Source: Anaerohalosphaeraceae bacterium
GTDB taxonomy: Bacteria; Planctomycetota; Phycisphaerae; Sedimentisphaerales; Anaerohalosphaeraceae
Assembly: GCA_050309605.1 (NCBI GenBank)
Contig: JBNRMN010000028.1
Location: 1 to 22,961, forward strand
Direction: 5' to 3'
DNA: 22,961 bases
Below are positions 9,736-18,437 of this stretch, in pieces. Positions within the stretch are counted from its first letter, which is position 1, and each line of letters opens with the position of its first letter. A program made the translations under genes and the position numbers. The notes below the pieces were generated by a model. The model was not told the DNA's origin and did not search any database. It worked only from the letters and a program-made list of their open reading frames with translations.

Positions 9736-9795
9736 GAGTTCATCCTCTTTTTTGGGTACCTTGCGGGGTCCTCAATACGCTCGGACAGAGCACGT

Positions 9796-9824
9796 TTGAT
9801 TTTTTTGCCGGTTGTTGCTATAGT
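9796..9824 (+). promoter_or_regulatory. sigma70 promoter of lysA
   Basis: TTGATT-N17-TATAGT with an extended -10 TG. Confidence 0.6.
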
Positions 9825-9884
9825 AACGGTTCTTTGAATACGGACCAAGATAACAAAGCCAAAGGCAATGGAAAAGGATTTAGT

Positions 9885-11162
9885 ATGGATTTATTTCAGT
9901 ACAAAAACGGTCGATTGTATGCGGAAAACGTTGATGTGGACGCCATCGCCCAACAGGTCGGCACGCCGGTGTATATCTATAGCAAGTCGACTGTCCTGGA
10001 TCATTTCAACAAGATTCGGTCGGCGTATGCTGAACTGGATACGATGATCTGCTATTCGGTCAAGGCATGCGGCAATCTCAATCTACTCAAGGTACTGGCC
10101 GATGCCGGCAGCGGGTTTGACATCGTCAGCGGCGGGGAATTGTATCGCGTAATGCAGGCCGGCGGCGACCCGTCCAAAATCGTCTATGCCGGCGTCGGCA
10201 AGACGGATCGGGAAATCAAAGAGGCACTCGACGCGGGAATCGCATACTTTAATATCGAGTCGGAAGCGGAGCTGGAGAATTTGATTGCCCTGACCCGGCA
10301 GGCCGGCAAAACCGCCAAAGCGGCCCTTCGCGTCAATCCGGACATCGAATACGACACGCACAAACACATCACCACCGGCGTCAAGGAAACCAAGTTCGGC
10401 GTCGATATTGAGCGGGCGCAGCGGGTTTTTGCGCAGTACGGCGGCAACGGGGTCGTGGAGTTGTGCGCGATTCACATCCATCTCGGCTCCGGCGGCAAGA
10501 CCATCGACCCGTATGTCAACGGCGTCCGGAAGATTCTGCCGCTGATCGACCGCCTGCGCGACAAAGGACATCGCATCGAGGCGCTGGATTTGGGCGGCGG
10601 CTATGGGGCCGACTATGTGACCGACAGCGTGCCGTCAGCAGCCGATTATGCGTCCGGCATTGTCCCGCTGCTCAAAGACAAAGGGTTGAAATTGATCCTT
10701 GAGCCGGGCAAGAGCATCGTCGCCAACGCCGGCATAATGCTCACGCGAACACTCTACACCAAACAGAGCGGGCGCAAGCGGTTCGTCATTGTCGATGCCG
10801 GAATGAACGACCTGATTCGTCCGTGTCTGTACGAGGCGTTTCACTTTATCTGGCCGACAACGGTCGAGCCGCGCTTCGTGCCGCAAAAACGCACCCCGGA
10901 CGATGCCCTTGAGGGGCTGGAAGCGGTCGATGTCGTCGGGCCGATCTGCGAAAGTGCCGACTTTTTCGCCAAAGATCGCCCCCTGCCGCCAATCCAGCGC
11001 GGCGATTTGCTGGCGATCTTTACCACCGGGGCCTACGGCTACACGATGGCCTGCACCTACAACGCCCGTCCCCTGCCGGCCGAGGTGCTCGTCGATGGCG
11101 ATGCCTTCACCATTATCCGAAAACGCCAGACGTATGAGGATCTGGTCGCCCATGAAAAATAA
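9885..11162 (+). CDS. lysA: Diaminopimelate decarboxylase
   Basis: GTPVYIYS, YSVKAC (PLP lysine), FDIVSGGEL, HIHLGS, LDLGGGYG, EPGK, VVGPICESADFF and GAYG. Confidence 0.97.
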   Translation: MDLFQYKNGRLYAENVDVDAIAQQVGTPVYIYSKSTVLDHFNKIRSAYAELDTMICYSVKACGNLNLLKVLADAGSGFDIVSGGELYRVMQAGGDPSKIVYAGVGKTDREIKEALDAGIAYFNIESEAELENLIALTRQAGKTAKAALRVNPDIEYDTHKHITTGVKETKFGVDIERAQRVFAQYGGNGVVELCAIHIHLGSGGKTIDPYVNGVRKILPLIDRLRDKGHRIEALDLGGGYGADYVTDSVPSAADYASGIVPLLKDKGLKLILEPGKSIVANAGIMLTRTLYTKQSGRKRFVIVDAGMNDLIRPCLYEAFHFIWPTTVEPRFVPQKRTPDDALEGLEAVDVVGPICESADFFAKDRPLPPIQRGDLLAIFTTGAYGYTMACTYNARPLPAEVLVDGDAFTIIRKRQTYEDLVAHEK

Positions 11163-11291
11163 AAAAACTTGAACATTTGTATCGCAGCCATTCTTGGATT
11201 GACCGGATTGGCCGATTTTCTCCGCAATTCCACCCTGGACAAAGTGTCCGGCTCGGCGGCCTCGCTGACCCAAATGCCCGGCAAGATGTCG

Positions 11292-11913
11292 CTATTCGGT
11301 TTTTGCCATATATTGATAGACAACCGCCCATTGGCGGTCAATAGTGAGGGTCAGGGTGCCTTCGGCGCGGCCGTCGGGGGCCAGGTAGCCCAGCAGCCAG
11401 GCGGCGCCGGTTTCTTCGCTGCGGCCGGTTTCGGGGTCGTCGGTCAGCAGGCGGTAAGGGCCTTTGGCGATGAAGAACAGGCGGCTTTTGTCGCGGCCGT
11501 CGGCGTCGGTGTAAGTCTGTTGGATGTCGATGTTGCCTGAAACGTCGGCGGTCAGATGGTACTGTTTGGGCGGATGGGCGTACTGGGCCTGCCAGTCGGC
11601 CCGCACCCGGCCGTCATCGCCGAGGGTAATCTGTACCAGGCCGCGAGGAGCGTCGTTGCGGCTCACCGGCCCGACCAGCGTAAGCGGTGCATTAAGCGTC
11701 GGCTTGGGGGGGGGTGGGCATACGAATCGGCCGGCCCTCGGCAACAAGCAAGTCCTCCAGCAGCCAGGGCCGTTCCTCGACTCCTCTGGGCGGCGTGCGA
11801 AGCGACGGCCCAAATATCGCACGGATATTGACCATATACAGCAACATCACAATGGCCACCGCCGCAAGCACGACAAGCAGCACCGCTCCGCGTTTGTTTG
11901 AATACAGGGTCAT
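11292..11913 (-). pseudogene. Frameshifted gene for a PilX/GspK-like N-terminally anchored protein (shift at G9, 11706-11714)
   Basis: The frame MTLYSNKRG-AVLLVVLAAVAIVMLLY...RMPTPP stops just after the C9 run, while a second frame continues PPKPTLNAPL...YMAKTE. Removing one C gives a single 206-aa ORF. Confidence 0.75.
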
Positions 11914-11953
11914 CACGAAAAGTATATCCGCCGCCGACGCACAATGCAACCCG

Positions 11954-12617
11954 CAACAGCCGAGCGGCGCGAGCGAGCCGGATCATGTGGCGTCTTGGAA
12001 AACGCCCCATCTATCCGCATACCCCCATCGGGCGGCTTGCGCGGCCGCGCTGTTGTGCCGCGCTGGTGCGTTGCGTCATCGTACAATAGCCGAGCGGCGC
12101 AAGCCGCCGGATAACGCGGCGCTATGTCAGACGTTGCCATCTATCCGCATCCCCCCATCGGGCCGCTTGCGCGGCCGCGCTATTGTGCCGCACTGGTGCG
12201 CCGCGTCATCGTACAACAGCCGAGCGGCGCAAGCCGCCGGATCAAGCGGCGTCTTGCAAAACGCCCCATCTATCCGCATACCCCCATCGGGCGGCTTGCG
12301 CGGCCGCGCTATTGAGCCGCGCTGGTGCGTTGCGTCATCGTACAACAGCCGAGCGGCGCAAGCCGCCGGATAATCTTGCGTCTTGCAAAACGCCCCATCT
12401 ATCCGCATCCCCCTATCGGGCCGCTTGCGCGGCCGCGCTATTGTGCCGCGCTGGTGCGCGCGCTGGTGCGTTGCGTCGTCGTACAACAGCCGATCGGCGC
12501 AAGCCGCCGGATAACGCGGCACTATGTCAGACGTTGCCATCTATCCGCATCCCCCTATCGGGCCGCTTGCGCGGCCGCGCTGTTGTGCCGCGATGTTGTG
12601 CCGCACTGGTGCGCCGC
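11954..12617. repeat. Five tandem ~130-bp palindromic units (REPIN/BIME-like)
   Basis: Units start at about 11954, 12084, 12214, 12343 and 12484. Each has ~29-nt imperfect inverted arms (CAACAGCCGAGCGGCGCAAGCCGCCGGAT ... ATCGGGC[G/C]GCTTGCGCGGCCGCGCT[G/A]TTG). Confidence 0.93.
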
Positions 12618-12625
12618 TATGGTGT

Positions 12626-13195
12626 TTATGTCCCGTTATCGATGTCCGGCAGCGGATGCGTCGGGGCACAATTAAGCAGAAACACAACTGCGCGGCGGGC
12701 ATCATCGGTCAGCCGGGTTATTTCGGTGTGCAGGGAACGATCGGGCAGGTAAATCAGTTGCGGCAATTCCTGCCTGATTATTTCCGAGTCATTCCAAAGC
12801 GCGGTCAGCGCGGTCGTTTCGGGTGATTCAGACAGACGGCCAGGCGGCATCGCCACAAAAAGAAACACCGCGACCAGTACCATTGCCGCGGCCGCAACGA
12901 AAGGGCTTCGATAAGCCAGAGACAACCTCGAAACAGTTCGCCCGCGACGTTCATACGAAACATCAAAATCGTGCAGCCGGTTCAACACGGCAGTTTCAAT
13001 CCGCTTGACGTCTTGCGACGAAAGGCCCTTGTCCGGCGCGGTTCGCAAGTGTCCCTCCAGCCGAGCCAGGCGCTGAACATAGGCACGGCATCGCTCGCAG
13101 CGTTGGAGATGTCTGCACAGCCGCGGAGCATTCTCAAGCCCGGCCAGATCGGCTGTCCATCGCATTCGTAATTGATAGAGTTGACACAGCATCAT
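12626..13195 (-). CDS. Zinc-binding (ZAS, zf-HC2-like) anti-sigma factor with one TM helix
   Basis: HLQRCERC matches HxxxCxxC; TM helix FVAAAAMVLVAVFLFVAM; ATGA overlap with the ECF gene. Confidence 0.85.
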   Translation of the reverse strand: MMLCQLYQLRMRWTADLAGLENAPRLCRHLQRCERCRAYVQRLARLEGHLRTAPDKGLSSQDVKRIETAVLNRLHDFDVSYERRGRTVSRLSLAYRSPFVAAAAMVLVAVFLFVAMPPGRLSESPETTALTALWNDSEIIRQELPQLIYLPDRSLHTEITRLTDDARRAVVFLLNCAPTHPLPDIDNGT

Positions 13196-13788
13196 AAACG
13201 GTTCGTCCCTTCAATCAAAACGGTTCGACGCACGGGGTTATCGCCGCGGTTCTCGGCGGCGTGTTGGATGCGCTCGGCCAGCTTTCGGCGCGCCCGATGC
13301 AGCAGGACTCGCACGCCGATTTGTGAACGATTCATAATCTTTGCAATGTCTGCAATCTCCATCTCCTGTTTGTATCGCAGCCACAGGACCGTATGGACGC
13401 TGTCGCCTATTTGCTCGGCCAGTTCCCATAGCCAGTCCTGTTGCGTATCGTCATTGGGCTGTGCATCGATCATTTCGCTGCACGCACGGCCGTCGAGCCG
13501 AGCGGGCTTTTTTTTACGATAACCGGAGACAATCAAACGATAGGCAATGGTAAAGAGCCAGTTCTTCAGCGAAAATCGCGGATCAAAGGTCTGGATATTC
13601 ACGAAGGCCCGCATAAATGTTTCCTGCACGATGTCCTCGGCGTCCTGAACGGTCGGAGCCTTATTGGCGGCAAACTCGCCCAGCGGCCGTGCGTAGCGCC
13701 GAACAATGGCCTCAAACGCCGCCCGGTCGCCTTGCGCGGCGGACCGGGCCAGCTGCTGATCGGTTTGTCGAGGGGCGTTCGGGGGCAT
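13192..13788 (-). CDS. ECF RNA polymerase sigma factor
   Basis: GDRAAFEAIVRRY, DAEDIVQETF, LKNWLFTIAYR and a region 4 HTH (EIADIAKIMNRSQIGVRVLLHRARRKL). Confidence 0.94.
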   Translation of the reverse strand: MPPNAPRQTDQQLARSAAQGDRAAFEAIVRRYARPLGEFAANKAPTVQDAEDIVQETFMRAFVNIQTFDPRFSLKNWLFTIAYRLIVSGYRKKKPARLDGRACSEMIDAQPNDDTQQDWLWELAEQIGDSVHTVLWLRYKQEMEIADIAKIMNRSQIGVRVLLHRARRKLAERIQHAAENRGDNPVRRTVLIEGTNRL

Positions 13789-13805
13789 TGCCGGCCTCGG
13801 TTGTG

Positions 13806-14726
13806 TTATTTGATTTCTTTCGGGGCGTGCTGCCGCATCAGTGCAAACAGCTTGGCCGAGGGATAGCGAAATTCAAAGGCCAGACTGCTGTCGGTTCGTG
13901 TTACGCCGCAGGCCTGAACCAGCGGAGCCAGTTCCGGCAGATGCTGCACTTGCAGTGCGGCAAAGGCCAGCATACCGCGAGCGACCTGTTCGACCTGCCG
14001 GGCCGCCTCGACATGCTTTGCCTCAAGCTGCACAAACGCACACACATCCCCTTCAATCTCGTTGACGATAACGGACATCATTCGGGAGTTTTGCAGCACG
14101 GCGGCGTGATCATGCCCGCCGGTCAGCGAAGATAAATCCGTTGCGGCCGCAGCGACGAAGACACCTTCAGTGCCTTCCAGCAGGGCGCCGAGGGCTGAAT
14201 CAGACTGTGCGGCCAAAGACGCCTTTTGACCGGCCAGCACATCGAGCATTGTCCGAACACGTTCGGCGCTTTGTGAAATCACAATCAGGTTCTCAGCGGC
14301 AAAGGTACCGACTTGGTCTTTGCCGCGCTGCTCATCCTTCCAATGGTACAGCGCAGCGCCCTCGTATTCGCTTTCACGATAGGCTGGATTGATGACCAGC
14401 AGAGAAAGCAGCTTTTCCCGGTCGAATTGGCCCTGGATCAGTGCCACGGCATTGACCTCGTCGGCATCGGGGCCGAAGACGGTCAGGCTGTGAATGTCGC
14501 GGGTCAGATCGCTGCCCAAAAGCTGCTTGAGCGCATCGACTTTGGGCTGATGCTGTCTGAGAATCTCGGCTGTGACCAATTGGCCGAATTGACTGGCCGA
14601 AAAGGACTCAAAATCGACATGAAAAGCCCATTTGGCATCCGCAGGGACAGCCGCCAAGTTCAAGGGAGCGGCAAACAGACCCGCCGAGACGAGGCTGGCC
14701 ATAAGGAACACAAGACACTTTTTCAT
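13806..14726 (-). CDS. Exported hypothetical protein, first gene of the ECF operon
   Basis: 306-aa ORF with RBS AAGGA and Sec signal peptide MKKCLVFLMASLVSAGLFA; ends 17 bp before the ECF gene. Confidence 0.85.
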   Translation of the reverse strand: MKKCLVFLMASLVSAGLFAAPLNLAAVPADAKWAFHVDFESFSASQFGQLVTAEILRQHQPKVDALKQLLGSDLTRDIHSLTVFGPDADEVNAVALIQGQFDREKLLSLLVINPAYRESEYEGAALYHWKDEQRGKDQVGTFAAENLIVISQSAERVRTMLDVLAGQKASLAAQSDSALGALLEGTEGVFVAAAATDLSSLTGGHDHAAVLQNSRMMSVIVNEIEGDVCAFVQLEAKHVEAARQVEQVARGMLAFAALQVQHLPELAPLVQACGVTRTDSSLAFEFRYPSAKLFALMRQHAPKEIK

Positions 14727-14800
14727 AAATCCATCCTTTCATTTACAGGGGGTTGGTTTTTCAGCATACACACCACAATACGGCGCCGATTCATCCCCTA

Positions 14801-14829
14801 CATACGCTTGAAGAACGGATGGCGTTACA
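14801..14829 (-). promoter_or_regulatory. Putative ECF-dependent (autoregulatory) promoter
   Basis: TGTAAC-N17-CGTATG matches the AAC...CGT pattern of SigW/SigX-type promoters, about 75 bp upstream of the operon. Confidence 0.6.
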
Positions 14830-14886
14830 GCAGCCCGGAAAGAATCATTGTTTTTTGTAACGCAATGGATACGGTAAAGGTCTGCG

Positions 14887-15051
14887 TTACGATTTTTCAG
14901 ACAGAATCAACCACATCGCGTGGACCATGCCGGGGATATAACCAAGTATGGTCAGGACTATATTGATCCAGAAGTGCTTTTTGAAGCCGACCTGCAAAAA
15001 TGCACCCAACGGCGGCAGAAGGATCGCCAAAATCAATTTGATTAACTGCAT
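14887..15051 (-). CDS. yqaE: YqaE/Pmp3 family small membrane protein (54 aa; absent from the ORF track)
   Basis: Hand translation gives MQLIKLILAILLPPLGAFLQVGFKKHFWINIVLTILGYIPGMVHAMWLILSEKS, with the LPPLG...INILLT.LGYIPG..HA pattern and RBS GGAG. Confidence 0.93.
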   Translation of the reverse strand: MQLIKLILAILLPPLGAFLQVGFKKHFWINIVLTILGYIPGMVHAMWLILSEKS

Positions 15052-15262
15052 AGTTTTTCTCCACAATAATCAGTCGTAACATTGTTTGGGTATTTTCACC
15101 CCTATGCGAGCTAAATGCAATCTTCTTTTGCAGACAGGATAAAAAACCGCAACCGGGGACACAATATCTTCACGGACGTATGCTTGGCGAATGTGCTGTT
15201 GGATGGTTCGGTTCACGAGACGTTGAACACAGCGCGGTCGAGCCTGCCGCTCAATCCATATC

Positions 15263-15727
15263 CTATGGCATCTTGGCCTCACGGCTGAGGTGCACCAGTT
15301 TCAGGTGGTGGAGCTGATTATTTTTTTCAATCAGCTCACAGGCCGCCTCAGCTTGGGCAAATATCAGCTCAAACAACTGCATATTCGCCTCGGCCGTTTC
15401 GGGGGCGTAACCCTCCAGAAACACCAGCAGATAGCCGCAGTGGACCCGCTCGGTAGCCAACTGACAAGCCGCCACGCAGCCGCCCTGAACCTTCATAATC
15501 AGCGGATCATCGCCATCGTCCAGCCGGTCGCAGACCCGTTCAATCAAACGCTTATTCGGATCGAGCCAATACCCTGCGCGTCCCGGATGGCTTGTTTTCC
15601 ATTGCCGATCCAAATCAGCGACCACCAGCGGCGGCCCGTCCGGCCCGACCGCCGCGAACAAATGACCGCGAACCTGCTCAATCAGCAGATCCGGCGAATC
15701 CAAAATGTCTTTATAGAGGTGTTCCAT
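15263..15727 (-). CDS. Hypothetical protein, possibly a sensor-like (GAF/PocR-like) fold; start uncertain
   Basis: ORF co-oriented with and downstream of the RsbW-like gene; the beta-rich core and C-terminal helix (ELIEKNNQLHHL) are only suggestive. Confidence 0.65.
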   Translation of the reverse strand: MEHLYKDILDSPDLLIEQVRGHLFAAVGPDGPPLVVADLDRQWKTSHPGRAGYWLDPNKRLIERVCDRLDDGDDPLIMKVQGGCVAACQLATERVHCGYLLVFLEGYAPETAEANMQLFELIFAQAEAACELIEKNNQLHHLKLVHLSREAKMP

Positions 15728-15835
15728 AACGTGTCGAATGTCGTCAAAAAAAGCGGGCAACTGACGCAAAAATTGCAAAAAAAATCGAAAAAACAACAAC
15801 TTTTGCCGACCGCAGCGAATGGGCCGTGTGGCCGT

Positions 15836-16291
15836 TTATTCGGAATTGAGGGCTTTGCGGATGCGTCCTTCTTTATCGCGGAATTTGATCATATGCACAC
15901 AGTTGCCCCGCTCGTTGTATTCCACGACATCCATATACGCCCGAATCAGCAGAACGCCGCGTCCGGAGCATTTGTACAGATTGTCGCCGTGGCGGGGATC
16001 GGGCAGGCCTTCCGGATTGAAGCCGGAGCCTTCGTCCGTTATGGAAATGTCGATTTTTTCAGGTGTGATTAAACTTTCAGCCAGGATGCGCTTGTTCGAA
16101 TCGCCGCGGTTGCCGTGCTGAATGGCATTCATAAAGGCCTCTTCGAGTGCCAGATGAACGCCGAAAACTTCATTTTCATCATAGCCCTGCCGTCGCGCAG
16201 CGTCCAGCAGTTCCTGACAGGCTTGCTCCGTGGCTGCACGTTTACCCGGCAGGTTCCAGGATTTGTGCCAGACTGTTTTGGAATTTGTCAA
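15836..16291 (-). CDS. RsbW/SpoIIAB-like anti-sigma factor / Ser kinase (HATPase_c_2)
   Basis: LALEEAFMNAIQHGN, ITDEGSGF and SGRGVLLIRAYMD. A TTG start at 16291 follows GGAGGT (alternative start 16351). Confidence 0.92.
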   Translation of the reverse strand: MTNSKTVWHKSWNLPGKRAATEQACQELLDAARRQGYDENEVFGVHLALEEAFMNAIQHGNRGDSNKRILAESLITPEKIDISITDEGSGFNPEGLPDPRHGDNLYKCSGRGVLLIRAYMDVVEYNERGNCVHMIKFRDKEGRIRKALNSE

Positions 16292-16364
16292 CTGCTCAGC
16301 ACCTCCGGTTTTGCCCCCAGCGTTTTCGCCAACAACGCCGTGCGACGGCAAACGTCATCCGGTA

Positions 16365-16727
16365 TTACCGTTTCAAACCGACCAGTGCGTCGTCCTGATC
16401 GGGGAATATTTCAAAAATCTTGTCCAGCCGGGTAATCCGGAAGACATCCATAATTTTCGGCTCAATGGCGCACAATCGCAATTTGCCGTCTTTTTCATAG
16501 ACTTTTTTGCTGATGCGAATCAGCAGCCCCAGCACGGAACTGGTCAGGAACTTGACATTGGAAAAGTCGATGATTAGCTGGATGTTTTCAGATTGCTCAA
16601 TCAATGGCATAAAAGACCCTTCCAGTGCCTGGATTTGTTCATCTTCCAGGATTTTTTCGTCGGTCAGGGTGGCCACGACGACATTTCCGTGATAGTCAAT
16701 CTGCAAATTTGGACTCATTTGATCCAT
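16365..16727 (-). CDS. STAS-domain anti-anti-sigma factor (RsbV/SpoIIAA-like)
   Basis: LIIDFSNVKFLTSSVLGLL (phospho-Ser motif) and VFRITRLDKIF; RBS GAGGAG. Confidence 0.94.
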   Translation of the reverse strand: MDQMSPNLQIDYHGNVVVATLTDEKILEDEQIQALEGSFMPLIEQSENIQLIIDFSNVKFLTSSVLGLLIRISKKVYEKDGKLRLCAIEPKIMDVFRITRLDKIFEIFPDQDDALVGLKR

Positions 16728-16762
16728 AAAAATCTCCTCAATGACCGGATTTAATGCTTGAA

Positions 16763-16791
16763 ATCGTATATTTCGATGCTGACTCTGTCAA
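16763..16791 (-). promoter_or_regulatory. sigma70 promoter of the STAS-RsbW operon
   Basis: TTGACA-N17-TACGAT. Confidence 0.7.
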
Positions 16792-17105
16792 GAAAAATGC
16801 CGTCTTTGATCATTTTTGCAAAAAAATTCAATTGTCCGGCGTCTTTTTTATGTTTACCTAATTCCAGTTATGTCATATATTTATAACAATTTTAAACAGA
16901 TTACAGCCGGTCTTTTTCTTATTTAGACAAAAATTCCCTTGCAACTCCTGAACAATTGCTGATAATTCGTGTATAAAGATGTGAGTATGTGTACCAGCCG
17001 TTTGCGCCGTGTTTTTGGGTTGAGCAATGAGGTTTTACCGGTCGCCCGGAACGGGATGGAAACCGGAAAAAGGATATAACGGTCATATTTTAGGAGAGTT
17101 AAATC

Positions 17106-17501
17106 ATGAAAATCAGCCGATCCACAGGTTACGCACTGGTTGCGGTAGGGTACATTGCCCAGAACTATAAGGATGGGGCCGTTTTGGCCGCCCGCATTTC
17201 CAAGGAGTACAATATACCGCTGGAGTATCTGTTGAAAATACTGCAACAGTTGGTGCGCGCCAATGTTCTGCGCAGCAAACGCGGCCCTCGCGGCGGTTTT
17301 TTCCTTGCTCGCCCGGCCGAGGAAATCACACTGCTTGAAATCATTGAAGCGGTTGACGGCCCGTTGATGAGCCACATGCATCTGGCAGAACTGACCGGCA
17401 ATGCCGCATTCAGCCGAAAAATGGAAGATACCTGCCGCAAGGCGACCGAAGAGGTGCGCGAGATTTACAGCCGCGCCCGATTGTCCTCAATGCTGGATTA
17501 A
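17106..17501 (+). CDS. Rrf2 family transcriptional regulator
   Basis: MKISRSTGYAL, IPLEYLLKILQQL, SKRGPRGGFFLARPAEEITLLEIIEAVDG; RBS AGGAG. Confidence 0.95.
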   Translation: MKISRSTGYALVAVGYIAQNYKDGAVLAARISKEYNIPLEYLLKILQQLVRANVLRSKRGPRGGFFLARPAEEITLLEIIEAVDGPLMSHMHLAELTGNAAFSRKMEDTCRKATEEVREIYSRARLSSMLD

Positions 17502-17521
17502 GTTCGCGACGCAACACGGGA

Positions 17522-17785
17522 ATGGAAATCCGAGACTTTCAGCAGTTGATTGACCGGCGCTATGGTCAGCGCGACCGGCAGCGGGGAACACCGGCCACAT
17601 TTATGTGGCTGATCGAAGAGGTCGGTGAATTGGCTACAGCGCTGGCCGGTGAGAATGCCGCCAACAAAGAAGAAGAGTTTGCCGATGTCTTTGCGTGGCT
17701 GTGTACGCTGGCCAACATTAATGCGGTGGACCTCGAAAAGGCCATCGAAAAATACACCTCCAATCGTATTGAGGGATTTAAGTAA
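17522..17785 (+). CDS. MazG-like nucleotide pyrophosphohydrolase
   Basis: WLIEEVGELA...EEEFADVFAWLCTLAN...DLEKAIEKY (EExxE...ExxD). Confidence 0.9.
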   Translation: MEIRDFQQLIDRRYGQRDRQRGTPATFMWLIEEVGELATALAGENAANKEEEFADVFAWLCTLANINAVDLEKAIEKYTSNRIEGFK

Positions 17786-17791
17786 TCTGTC

Positions 17792-17823
17792 GGGCAGGCC
17801 GGTCAAAGCCGCCTGCCCATTAA
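17792..17823 (+). terminator. Probable terminator hairpin after the MazG-like gene
   Basis: GGGCAGGC ... GCCTGCCC stem followed by a weak ATTT tract. Confidence 0.5.
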
Positions 17824-17979
17824 ACTGTTAGAAAGTCACTTTGACGTCTTTTGAGACGCTGATCTTCTGTTGAATTTGCAATCAGACCTCTTCCTTCACC
17901 CAAATAGCAGTATCCCCGGGTCTTTTCACATCTGTTTTTGCGAGTGGACTCAAAATAGTAAAATATTCTCTTAATTTAC

Positions 17980-18008
17980 TTGCAATGCCGCCGGAGGGAT
18001 TGTAAAGT
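17980..18008 (+). promoter_or_regulatory. sigma70 promoter of tRNA-Phe
   Basis: TTGCAA-N17-TAAAGT, 27 nt upstream of the tRNA. Confidence 0.6.
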
Positions 18009-18035
18009 AAGGGAGTATTCGCAGGGATGACTTAA

Positions 18036-18108
<73 letters not shown>

Positions 18109-18437
18109 GTTTTTAACATCTTTAATTACATAGACTTACACGTCATTTTATCATTCTTTTTTGTCCATTTTTGGGGGTGTGACATAGTGTGCCAAAACAG
18201 ACTCGGTGGTACTTGATTTAACCTTCCGTATTCTGTCCACTAAATCAGAGTTAATCCAATGCAGACCTGCTTGCAGTCGGGGCGATGGTCAACACCGCTT
18301 CAAGGGGCAAGGTCTTCACTCCAACGGCATAGGAAAGAATTTAAGCCCAACCGCCAACATCAACCTCGATTTTGATCTGAAATCGCCGAAAAAAAAATTA
18401 CGAAAAATTCCTTTTTGTGCCAACTTCGGAACTTGGG

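Noticed and set aside
9736..9884. Lysine riboswitch upstream of lysA
   Set aside because: The predicted leader is only about 55 nt, too short for the aptamer, and shows none of its motifs.
11954..12617. CRISPR array
   Set aside because: The units are ~130 bp, the intervening sequences repeat (only two types) rather than being unique spacers, and no cas genes are present.
11714..12826. ORFs spanning the repeat array
   Set aside because: Repetitive translations appear in several frames on both strands with no RBS or domain; they are by-products of GC-rich repeats.
14897..15082. 61-aa ORF from the track
   Set aside because: It is an alternative frame over the well-supported yqaE/Pmp3 gene.
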